Source: Polymyxa betae A26-41 (taxonomy: Eukaryota > Protista > Endomyxa: Phytomyxea). Taken from it: DNA of 64,000 nucleotides. Numbering within the stretch: the first letter of the stretch is position 1; the number at the start of each line of letters is the position of its first letter. The DNA is taken from contig RBZT01000527.1 of assembly GCA_003693705.1 (NCBI GenBank), positions 62,001 through 126,000 on the forward strand, in the 5' to 3' direction. A program made the translations under genes and the position numbers. Below the pieces are notes generated by a model. It worked only from the letters and a program-made list of their open reading frames with translations, searched no databases and had not been told where the DNA came from. This document shows, one piece after another, positions 23,461-33,599 of the stretch.

Positions 23461-24903
23461 ATGATGCTGTCACGAACGATCCGGGCTATCTCATGCTCAC
23501 ATCTCAGGCCTCGGCTGCCTCGATCTCAAACCAATCGCTGTCTAGCCACACCAACATCCGTTTCTGATGATCACCAGGTTTCCGAGATCATGCGTTCAAT
23601 TGGTCTCCAGCCGATGCCAGAGCAAGATCTGATCTCGACGGACCCTAACGACCCCGATATCTTTGTCTCTGATCAGGAAATCGAATCCGATTCTCAAATA
23701 CGGTTTCGTGACTATCCGTTCGTGAAGATGGCCGTTACTGATGCTGCCTTCGCCAATGTTCCTGACGCCCTCAAATTGTCAGTTGCCAATATTTTAAGCA
23801 AAATTGCCCCAAAGCGGAGGAGCCTGCCATTGAAACAAACCTGGACCGAGGTCGTTAACAAGAAATTTCTCAACCCGTGTGCGATCTACGATCGCGATCG
23901 CAGCATTGAATACCTGCAGAACGACCACTTCATGTCTCATGCTGTTCTGCGACGAATTTTCCGCGAAATCAAGAAACGTCGCCCGAATCTGTCTGTCAGC
24001 CGAGTATTGGATTTCGGAGCTGGAACGGGCTCAGCTCAATGGGCTCTCGGCGAAGAATTCAACACTTCCTTACAGACAATATCATGTGTTGAACCGGCGC
24101 CCTTCATGCGAGATCTGGGCCAGCAACAATCACAACATGTTAAATCTGTCTTATCAGAATGTAATATCGATTGGTATACGACCCTGCCTGATCCTAGCCC
24201 ACATTCAATCACAATCGCATCGTTCGTTATGACTGAAGTTCATGAAGCCAATCGGGCGATTGTGTTGGACCATCTTTGGAGCTGCACAGAACCCGGTGGC
24301 GTTCTGGTTCTGGTTGATTTCGCCAACGCCGAGTGCAATTCTGTGTTGCATCAATGTCGGAAGTATCTGTTGAATTACAATAATGCAAAAGTATTGGCGC
24401 CATGCCCGCACAGCTCTGCCTGCCCATGGCAAGATCGTTTTGGCGTCCTGCTGGAAACCAAGGACAAAAGAAAGCTTCGTCGAAGGCAGCACGAACGGAA
24501 CTTCTGCCATTTCGCCCAGCGCGTCAAGCTTGATTCATTCCCTGCAGGGTCGGTAATGAAGATGCGACCAAAAACTGGATCCAAACTCCGATTTCAACAT
24601 GAGCACATGGTCCCATTCGTTTATTCTGTCATCGAGAAGAACGATGCAGGAAACACAGAGACAGGAGTCGATATCGAAGGCGTCGATCAATGGTCGCGTA
24701 TGATTCGTCCACCGATTAAACGAGGCGGCCACGTCATCGTTGAGGTCTGTCAATCCGATGGCAAGATTGAGAGGCAGGTCGTGAGCAGGCGGAAGGGAGC
24801 CGGAGGACCATATAAACTGGCTCGTGTCAGCAGCTGGTCAGACCTTTGGCCATATACAAGAGTTGTTGAAGACGAAGACCAACAACCGGATGATGAGCAT
24901 TAA
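23461..24903 (+). CDS. RSM22: Mitochondrial small-subunit assembly factor Rsm22/METTL17, intronless
   Basis: VLDFGAGTGSAQWA, APCPH...CP...FCHFAQR, RMIRPPIKRGGHVIVEVC, YKLARVSSWSDLWP, and a presequence-like N-terminus. Confidence 0.92.
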   Translation: MMLSRTIRAISCSHLRPRLPRSQTNRCLATPTSVSDDHQVSEIMRSIGLQPMPEQDLISTDPNDPDIFVSDQEIESDSQIRFRDYPFVKMAVTDAAFANVPDALKLSVANILSKIAPKRRSLPLKQTWTEVVNKKFLNPCAIYDRDRSIEYLQNDHFMSHAVLRRIFREIKKRRPNLSVSRVLDFGAGTGSAQWALGEEFNTSLQTISCVEPAPFMRDLGQQQSQHVKSVLSECNIDWYTTLPDPSPHSITIASFVMTEVHEANRAIVLDHLWSCTEPGGVLVLVDFANAECNSVLHQCRKYLLNYNNAKVLAPCPHSSACPWQDRFGVLLETKDKRKLRRRQHERNFCHFAQRVKLDSFPAGSVMKMRPKTGSKLRFQHEHMVPFVYSVIEKNDAGNTETGVDIEGVDQWSRMIRPPIKRGGHVIVEVCQSDGKIERQVVSRRKGAGGPYKLARVSSWSDLWPYTRVVEDEDQQPDDEH

Positions 24904-25370
24904 CGGCTGACCGGTTTCGAACGTCGCTGGTGAGCATCAATAAAGGAGTAGACGGCAGATGAAACGACACCGGATTCGGCATTCAGCAGGCATAATCTGA
25001 GCCGATATGGATCCTGCCTTTTAGAATACAAATCAACTATGAGATTGCGGAGTCCATCAGGCATCTGGCGTCGAAGACATTGCTGGACTTCTCGCTCAAG
25101 GAACAGGCTCCAGACATCTTCTTGACTATAACCCGACACGCTGCCCATCGTCTCGGTTACTCCTGAATCTGGCAGATCAAACGGGAACGATTCCTGAACG
25201 GTCGAGCTGAACTGCGCCGACGCCTGATACGGTTGCGATGACAGCAACAACGGGTCGTTCAGAGACGCGTCGACGACAACCGGCGGAGATCGCTTCGGCA
25301 AATCAGCGCCGAGGATTCGAGCATGGCTCTCCAGCAGCCTTCGCCGTCGATGCGTCTGGTTTGCCGCCAT
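24900..25370 (-). CDS. Hypothetical protein, 156 aa
   Basis: Clean ATG-started ORF between two recognised genes; no family recognised. Confidence 0.55.
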   Translation of the reverse strand: MAANQTHRRRRLLESHARILGADLPKRSPPVVVDASLNDPLLLSSQPYQASAQFSSTVQESFPFDLPDSGVTETMGSVSGYSQEDVWSLFLEREVQQCLRRQMPDGLRNLIVDLYSKRQDPYRLRLCLLNAESGVVSSAVYSFIDAHQRRSKPVSR

Positions 25371-25469
25371 CTGGACCAGTATCTGGTCAATGATTAACTG
25401 CTATCTGTATCTTGTACATGAGATGCGATTGATAATGAATGAGGGAGGCTGCGCAGATTCTCATCGATC

Positions 25470-26020
25470 ATGAAGCACATTGTCGTCTTTGTGGTCGTCG
25501 TCTTCTCCAGGTATCTGTCGTCCATCTTGCCCATAGTCCTGCAGCGATTCTCTGCATCGACAACGAAGCCGGAGACCGAGTTCGATCGAATGGTGAAGCA
25601 GCGCGCCGCCTGGATGATTGAAGCACAGAAGCTGAATACCCCCTCGACGTTCGTCGAGTATGCGAAGTTGCAGAGAAGAATCGATAAACTATCGAATCAA
25701 ATTGACTCTTACAAAAAAGGTAATGCTATCGCTTTGCCGATTCTGCCACCTAAAGCTGGGAAGATCACAACGTTGAGATTGCGGTTTCGGCGCCGTCGTT
25801 TGTTAATACCAAAGCAGTTTCCACAGCTATAAATGTCGCCATGATGGCCTGCTTAATTTCTGTTTACTATTCAGAAACATTTGGTGAGTTACCTGGACGG
25901 ATGATGCTCCCGTCATTCTTCAAACGCTCGAATTCGACCTCGTCTATTGGGGTGCTTTCCTGGGCGATTATCTGCAATCGAGTTGCCGCCGCCCTCCATA
26001 ACCTATTCCTATTGATATAG
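25470..26020 (+). CDS. GET1: GET1/WRB tail-anchored protein insertase
   Basis: TM helix, coiled coil with LNTPSTFVEYAKLQRRIDKL, and C-terminal SIGVLSWAIICNRV. Confidence 0.8.
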
Positions 26021-26144
26021 AAAGCTCTATTACCTATACTATACCCGATAATATCCTATTCAATATACATAGCCCATATCATGTCTTCTGCTGTTGAGGT
26101 CCTCAATGATACGAGTGCGCTCTATGAATCTGTCATTGTTAATA

Positions 26145-27199
26145 ATGAATTGGTTGATTGAGGGTGTCATTGTCACATATTGGTTGGGCATCATCGTCTT
26201 CGTGCTGTTGCTCTATTTGGCACAGTATAGGCCCGATACCATCCCTGATTATGCTCTGCGAACGATTATCGTGGAGCTGGGTGTTTCGGGCAAGCTGGCT
26301 CCAGCAGCATCGGCATCGTATCGAGTGCCAAAATCCTGGTTCAGACATTTCTATATCGTTGGTAAACTAGAGACGAACTCTTTTCTAATGTGGTTAATCG
26401 ATACTGACAGGAACAGTATGGCTAACAGCCATAGCTGTCTTTTTCTGGAGACGTTTTGGTTTCACAAATCTTGTGTTGACATCAAGTTTGTTCGCATTCC
26501 ATGTACATTCGGATGTGTTAGATTTGGATGGAAAATGCTCAGTTTTATATAGTGCTGTCGTCGACTAATCGAATGTTGCTTCATATCAGTTTACAGCCGA
26601 CAATCAACAATGCATGTAGTTGTCTATGTGGCTTCAATATTGTATTACAATATGGTTGGTATCACCATCATTAGATCGATACCTGCTCAGTATGGCTATT
26701 CACTTATTATGTGTTCTCTCCTGGATATAATAAATTTTTAGTCAGACGATCTCGCCATCTGCCATAATTCTGGTATTCGTCTTCTTCTGCTTGAACTTCA
26801 TTCAGAATTATCATCTTCGCCTTTTAGCAAGTCTGAGGAAAGGGAAAGGTACTGCTTCTCGAATTCAGCTTGCAAATTGTCAAGCCCGCTTTAGGAAAGG
26901 ATTCGGCCCAGCATTACATGCCTTCGGGTGGTTTGTTCGAGCTGGTCTCATGCCCTCATTATCTAATCGAGATCGGCTTATATCTAAATCTGCAACTTTT
27001 AATTGGGTGGTCTACTGTCTTCATTTTCTGTCTGATGGCGGTCGTTTCGAATCAGATCCTGCTTGCTATAATGACGCATCGATGGGTAATCATCTCATGC
27101 TCTCACATATATCATTTTATTCTAATATCACAGCAGTATCAAATTCGACATCCATCATATGCTAACAGAACGTATTCCATTATTCCATTCATCATCTAA
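26145..27199 (+). CDS. SRD5A3: Polyprenol reductase (SRD5A3/DFG10), multi-exon
   Basis: VPKSWFRHFY, HLRLLASLR, PSGGLFELVSCPHYLIEI, and C-terminal IIPFII. Confidence 0.9.
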
Positions 27200-27597
27200 A
27201 CCCCTGTCGAGGCGATTTTGGCGAATTCTCGATCGTATTCTCTTCTCATGTCTCGGTTTCGCTTATAGACCAAAGCTCGAAATGTGCTGACATCGCCACT
27301 ATGATACATTCAATCAACGAACAGTCTGGCGTACCGGCCCATGACTCTTACTTGGATTGTATGATCATTTGTTTCAGCCAGTCTGGAATCTTACTGGCAT
27401 CCTGTGTTGTCGCTAAACGTGGCCATCGTACTTTATCTGTGCATGTCAGAGACGCGGCTGTACTGGCCTGGTCGTACCGATCCATAGTCAAATATATGGC
27501 ATCGGTGATTCGTTAGATCCGTTACCATTTGAATGCATCTCGGTCTCTGCCGGTTCACCTTCGTATCGTTTATTGGCCGACTTTTCGCAGCAGTCAT
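27196..27597 (-). CDS. Small 3-exon hypothetical protein (~96 aa), only partly visible in the ORF track
   Basis: GT-AG introns 27468-27525 and 27299-27351 give an open frame ending IPDWLKQMIIQSNGDVSTFRALVYKRNRDMRREYDREFAKIASTGV*. Confidence 0.5.
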
Positions 27598-27790
27598 GGT
27601 GACGCAAGAACGGCCAATTGACATCTGAAGTTTACGTCATGAACTGAATTGCTCTTTTCATGGCTATGGCGCGTGTCGTGATTTCTATACGCCTCTAAAT
27701 TTTTTGCACTGAAAAAGGCTATCGCAGGTAAAATTGTTGAACTGAAGTTCGACTGGGACGGGTAGGTTTCCATTCAGAATTCGATTCGCG

Positions 27791-28742
27791 ATGGTGGTCG
27801 TACAAAACAGGGTCAATTTCTGGGATGCCATCGTTCAAGTCCATAACGCCAAGGTCGTCTCCTATGAAATGAATCCGACCTGCCGTTGATGGATCGTGCA
27901 GGGTGAAAGCAGCGCCTCATCATCTCGTGATCTCACCATCATTATATTGGGCAGCGAGAATTCCGGCAAGTCAACGCTGTTGTCATCATTCATCTACAAA
28001 TCCAGGCCGAACGATCTCAAACCAACGATCGGCCTCGATTACAAGTACATCCGGATGAATTCGTCTCCCGAGAGCGTCTCTCAGGGCAAAATGATACACC
28101 ATTTCTGGGAGATTGGTGGCGGACGACAGATGGCATCAACATTGAGCACTCTTCTCACAGATAATACAGCCATTGTATTGGTTGTCGATCTCTCTAAAGT
28201 AGGTTTAACATGGTATCCATTTTAACTATCTAACAGTTAAGATTCAGCCCAGCAATATCGTCAGTGATCTGCTCTATTGGCTACCATATATTGATAGTAC
28301 AGCCACAAGCTCTGGTCGTACTCGCCCACAGATTGTTGTCGTCGCGAATAAATACGATTTGCTGCCAGCTGGCGTCAATCTCGAGCTGGTCTTCCGGACG
28401 ATTCGATCGATCGCTCTGCGTTATGATGCCGCCGTACTGAACCATGCTGTCGACAACCGTCTGCTGCACCAGCAATATCGCAATGCCATTTCCCGGTTTC
28501 TGACTCAGCGCCCCATCGTTTCCGGTCCGGGCCAGTATGATCCGGCCAAGCCAATCATGATAGCAGCTGGTAGTGATTCACTGGAAAATATTGGACTACC
28601 ACCAGGTCTGAGTTCCAGCCCGGATCCAATGAAGTCTTGGTGTCAAGCTTATGATCATGTATTTGGTCGTGATCCATATCCAGTCCCGGTTGTCGAACCT
28701 CAACTCGAACCTGAGCCGCTCATCGACGCCGTTCTTGGATAA
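27791..28742 (+). CDS. DYNC2LI1: Cytoplasmic dynein-2 light intermediate chain
   Basis: N-terminal FWDAI, P-loop-like GSENSGKST, KPTIGLDY, HFWEIGGG, VVDLSK, NKYD, AGSDSLENIG, EPLID. Confidence 0.85.
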
Positions 28743-29292
28743 ACAGATCCAAATTTACTGTGAGGATCTGCTGTCATACTGAAGGATAGAAGAGTTGTAC
28801 AAATAATGTAGCATTCAATCTTTAGATATCGCGTCACCAAATGATCGCTGTATCCTAGTCATAATATTTTGCAATGATTGTAATACATCCAGATCAAATA
28901 CTGAATACAAAATGTGCTGGTGAAGGAACCAAAGAATGGGTTATACGACAGCGTATAATCCTTCAGTTTGGTTTATCCTTAGTTTTAAGCCTCATCGATT
29001 TCTCAGATTGTTCAGCTTTAAGTTCTGCTCATTCTTTCGTATTTTGTAGATTGCTCCCGCGAGTTGCAACATGCCCATTAAACCGAGAGCTGTTGTAATC
29101 ATTGAACTTGAACAATCATTCAGTACTGATTAAAAGGAATGCCGACGATATCTGTACTTGTCATTACTGAATTTTGGAAAGGTATTAAGTGTTTGTGGCC
29201 CAAGGTCTATCCAGTACTACGTTATGCATAGAAGGAGTATCGGAGAAGATGCGACCTCTGTTTAAGCCAGTCATTGATTTTCATTGTCGAAG

Positions 29293-30314
29293 ATGCGACC
29301 CATTGGATTCGTTCTGATTACAGTATTATCGACATTATGGCTGTTATCGATATCGATGTTGTTATTGGCAATCCCATTGTCTCTAAGCGGTATTACAGCA
29401 CCTATTAAGCTCCTGTTCTGCTACGCCATGTTCCGATTACTGTATCCAGCTCGGAAATGGCCTCGACTCTATACATTGCTAAGCTCTCTCATTCATAAAT
29501 ATCCCTATTTTCGATCGCAACGTCTCGTATTTGAAAGCAATGCTGCAGTTCCAGTAAAAGATTCTTCCGTCATGCTGGCTGTATTCCCACATGGTGCAAT
29601 ATGCATTGGCGGGACTGTACGACCCGTTTCCGAGTAGCTTTCAGTCTGTTGCTGATTGGAGCTTAGATCAATTTGGTATTATCACAGCAGATTCAACAAG
29701 CTGAAGTGGAATTGCTCGGTTCTTCAATGCTGTTCATCCTACCTATACTCTCTGATATCTTAAAATGGTCTCAGATTGCTATTAATTTGTGCTCATACGA
29801 TTGAAGTTGATATACTGCTAGGTGCTCTGTTGGAAAGGTCTCCAAATCCTATATGACAACTTTGATGAATCGCGGCCAAAATGTCGCTCTTCTTCCAGGA
29901 GGATTTGAGGAAGCTGCTATGTATCAACGTTTTCATCACGATGTCTTTCTCAGAGAGCGTAAAGGATTCGTTAAGTATGCACTTCGTTATGGATATAAGA
30001 TTTCTCTTGTGTACACGTTTGGTGAAGAAGGAACCTACAATGCTTTACAGCCAGCTCGGAATCTTCGCTTGAAACTAGCGAGAAGGAAGATTCCTGGAAT
30101 TCTGTTCTGGTCTAAACTTGGCTGGCTACCTGATCCCAATAATCATATCGTGACTGTTGTTGGTGATCCAATCTGTCTGCCAAGATCACCAGAACCATCC
30201 GATGAAGAGATTGAGAAGTATCATGCCCTACTCATGTCGTCGTTAAGCAGACTCTTCGACAAATACAAAGTGGAATTCGCTCGAGATCCTACCGCTTCAT
30301 TAAACATCTCCTAA
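29293..30314 (+). CDS. Diacylglycerol/monoacylglycerol acyltransferase (DGAT2 family), copy A
   Basis: FPHG, LLPGGFEEA, RKGFVKYALRYG, TFGE, VVGDPI. Confidence 0.9.
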
Positions 30315-30454
30315 TGCAGCTAAGACACATTTAGAACTTTAATGTTGATTTCAGAGACGGTCCTGATGAGATCAGTAACATATTATTGGTTGTTAATGCA
30401 ATCGATAAGGTTTATTTTCGAGAGTATTCCTGCTTAATGAGGTGTTATTCAGGA

Positions 30455-30844
30455 TTATGAATGAGAAGTATCAAGCAGGGTGTCTAATTCAGTATCAAGA
30501 CATCCATAGCTATCAGCACTGCTTAAGATCGTTGTCAGCTTCTTTGGCTGCGATTGGATTGCTGGTTGAACCTCAGCAACTTCCCCAATAAAAGTCCCGG
30601 TCCATTTCGCTTCGTCACTTAGCATGGTCCAATCCTGTCTGACGTTGAATTCCGGTCTGGTTTGAGACCAATTTCTAGCGTTGGTAGCGATCAACGAATC
30701 GCCGATCTCCATTGGAGCGTGCTGGATCATGTCGGCATTCAAGCGGAACTCATCAACATAATGAAATACAGATCGTTGTGCAAGTTCGGCTTCAGGGCAG
30801 TATGAGAAATGAGGGCTCATCCATTCGATCTGGGTCGGATCCAT
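30455..30844 (-). CDS. Hypothetical protein, 129 aa (weak Apc13-like motifs)
   Basis: ATG-started single ORF; no firm family. Confidence 0.5.
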   Translation of the reverse strand: MDPTQIEWMSPHFSYCPEAELAQRSVFHYVDEFRLNADMIQHAPMEIGDSLIATNARNWSQTRPEFNVRQDWTMLSDEAKWTGTFIGEVAEVQPAIQSQPKKLTTILSSADSYGCLDTELDTLLDTSHS

Positions 30845-31015
30845 TTGGCAGCTGAATGAAACGCTTCAGTTGAGATTCGGAATTGGCAATCAGGAATGGG
30901 ATTTGCCATCGCTACCAATTCCGATCTTGGTTCCCAGCAGGGTGAGTCATATTCCGATAGCAGACAATGAGTCAATGAAGGAAATCGGATTCGGATAGTT
31001 AGTCGATGGTCTGAT

Positions 31016-32069
31016 TTAGTAGATATTCAATTCAGTATTCGGGTCGCTGGCACATTCTGCTTTATACTTGTCGAATAATGATCGGAGCGCCATCACAAAT
31101 TTGTTATGGTATTTCTCTACATCTTCAGTTGAAGGGCACTCGATCTTCGGCAGAATAATGGGTTCGCCAACAATTGTTGTCAGGCCAGCATTTCTTTCAG
31201 GAAACAGGCCGAATTTCGACCAGAATAATATTCCTGGTATTTGTCTTCGAGCAAGAGCTAGTCGGATACCAGAAAAAGCATTTAACGACGAATAAGTCGC
31301 TTCTTCTCCGAATGTGAATACAGGACTGATACGATATCCATATTCTAATGCATATTTGATGAATCCTTTACGTTCTTTGAGAAAGATGTTATATTCATTC
31401 TCCCGGTAAATGGCGGCTTCCTCAAACCCTCCAGGAAGAATCGCTAAATTACGTCCAGTTCTCATATGCTCTTGCATGAATGATTTAGACGCTGGACCAG
31501 ATGAGCACCTTGCTCTGATTGAATGTTGGAGTCAGAGCTTGAAATGTCAGTCTTACCATGTAAGTAGATCTCTGATAAATGGAACATAGAACAATGAAGT
31601 CGCTGCCAAGTACACAATCTTCCCTTTCTGCAGCGATTCTTTTAAATTTAGATTCACCTAGGCATTGTATGACTATATATCGAAGTGCTGGTAAAAGTCA
31701 ACATACAGTCCATCCCATACAAACAGCTCCATGAGGGAATGCGGCTAGAAGTGTTGATGAATCAGGTTTGGGAACAGCTTGGTCCGATTCAAAAATCAGT
31801 TGTTGTCTGCGGAAGTATGGATATTTCAGAGTCGTTCGGGTTAGGAATGCCTGGAATTCTGGCCAAGGCTCTAGAGGACGAATGCTTCTGTAAATTAGAT
31901 ACATGGCCATGATCTTAATCGGCGCCGAAACGGATGCGATTAGGTATAGGGGCACGGCAGCGATGGACATGAGCACAGACGAGATCCATATTGTTATATA
32001 GGCAGATATGACAATGAATCCAATCATTCTGATTAATAAAGGCTGTGTAACAGATTGTGGTGAGGCCAC
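31016..32069 (-). CDS. DGAT2 family acyltransferase, copy B
   Basis: FPHG, ILPGGFEEA, RKGFIKYALEYG, PVFTFGE. Clear paralog of copy A with the same intron positions; start uncertain. Confidence 0.9.
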
Positions 32070-32339
32070 CCTCTTCTAACGTAATAAGCACGCATACTAT
32101 TAGTTACGTTACCAGCAAGTCATGTCTCCAATCTCCTGTTTATAATGCAAACATGATGATCTCTCTTCTCAATCGGTGATTCGCTTGATCACGAGCTTCT
32201 GATGACTTCTTAGAGTACGACAGTCACGCTGGTGTTGCTTGTTGGCCCTATGACGAGACTTGGTAAAAGTGCCCATGAATGAAATCGCTGAATTTGCCCA
32301 GTCGAGCACGTACGACATAGGATTCATCGATCGCGATTG

Positions 32340-32361
32340 CCCCCCCCCCCCNNCCCCCCCC
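32340..32361. repeat. Poly-C tract containing two ambiguous bases (nn)
   Basis: Seen directly; true length uncertain. Confidence 0.9.
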
Positions 32362-32610
32362 AGATTTGTTCTCTTTGTGAAGTTCTTAACGAGATCGTTT
32401 TTGCATTCAAGCTGCTCCTGGTATCAAATCTACTTTAAATTGCATCAAGACGCCATTGATGATTCATTCAATCTCGTTTCACGCCCTTGATTCAAACAAA
32501 ATCCCGTTTCAAGTTAATTTTTGTATCAGACCTGGTGGGTTTTTAGTGTTATCTGAACAGTTCATGTAGTTATCATCTTGTATAATGAAATCAATTCAGG
32601 GTAAACAGAT

Positions 32611-33300
32611 TTAGTTTCCAATGGAATTTCGATCCCGACGTTCACGATAAGATTCACGAGATCTATCACGAACATCTTTCTTGTTTTGTGGAGATGCGGA
32701 TCTTGTTCTTCGTCCTAATCGAACGTCTCGTCCGTTCTCTCCCAAATGTTCGTAATCACAGGCATCGCCTTTTAAACAATTCGGATAGTGAGCGCAAGGT
32801 TTATGAACGCGGGGACCAGTACGTTCAGAGCCACGTCGTTTCTCGAATCTATCTTCAAACCTGCGATCTCGACCATCGCTATCCAAATGAAGCCAGCCAC
32901 ACCGGTCGCCTTTCTTACAGTTTGGATAATGCATGCAAGCTCCTTTTTCCTTTGAACGACTTGCATGAGATGATCGATGAGGGGATTGGTGTCGCCTTTC
33001 AGCTTCAATAGCATCGAGACGGTCTGGATGCCGGGATACAGTATAACGAAGGTAGACTCGGTTGCCGTTGAGCTCTTTTGAAGCGAAATGGCTCAAAGCA
33101 TGCGTTGCCAATTCTGTAGTGCTAAAATAGGCATAACCATAACCCATACTGAGCCCGGAACGCCGATCCTTGGGGATATCCACCGCTGAACAGCTCAGAA
33201 ACGCCTTGAGTTGTTCCTCGGTGGTATCCACAGTTAGGCCGTCGACGTCGAGAACCCGGCAAGGCCGGACAGAAGACGATGACGTCGGGCTGGCTCGCAT
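32611..33300 (-). CDS. RRM + two CCCH zinc fingers + RS/RD-rich RNA-binding protein, intronless
   Basis: RNP1 MGYGYAYF, fingers CMHYPNCKKGDRCGWLH and CAHYPNCLKGDACDYEH, RS-rich tail. A TATA-like tatata lies at ~33411-33416 upstream. Confidence 0.85.
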   Translation of the reverse strand: MRASPTSSSSVRPCRVLDVDGLTVDTTEEQLKAFLSCSAVDIPKDRRSGLSMGYGYAYFSTTELATHALSHFASKELNGNRVYLRYTVSRHPDRLDAIEAERRHQSPHRSSHASRSKEKGACMHYPNCKKGDRCGWLHLDSDGRDRRFEDRFEKRRGSERTGPRVHKPCAHYPNCLKGDACDYEHLGENGRDVRLGRRTRSASPQNKKDVRDRSRESYRERRDRNSIGN

Positions 33301-33599
33301 GTGGAATGATGGAGAGTGAACAGAGAGGTAACTGTATGTGATGTGAATAAGGCTGCAGCCGGGAGAGAACAGAAGACTACTCTGCTCCTTGGATCTCCTA
33401 CTGTAGTCCCTATATAGGAGCGGCACAAAAAGTTGCCGTATCCGCTCGGCAGCTTGGTCAAGCCGATCACGTAGCTACCGGGTCACAATCTCGTTAGCAC
33501 CAATAATGGGCGTTCGAACCGGCATTTAAAGTTACTGTCAAATGATTTATGAGTTTTTCTTGCCGAATTAAAAAAAGTATTATAATGACTTCTTTGAAC

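Noticed and set aside
32260-32490. ORF spanning the poly-C/nn tract
   Set aside because: Its frame depends on an unresolved homopolymer, and it has no recognisable content.
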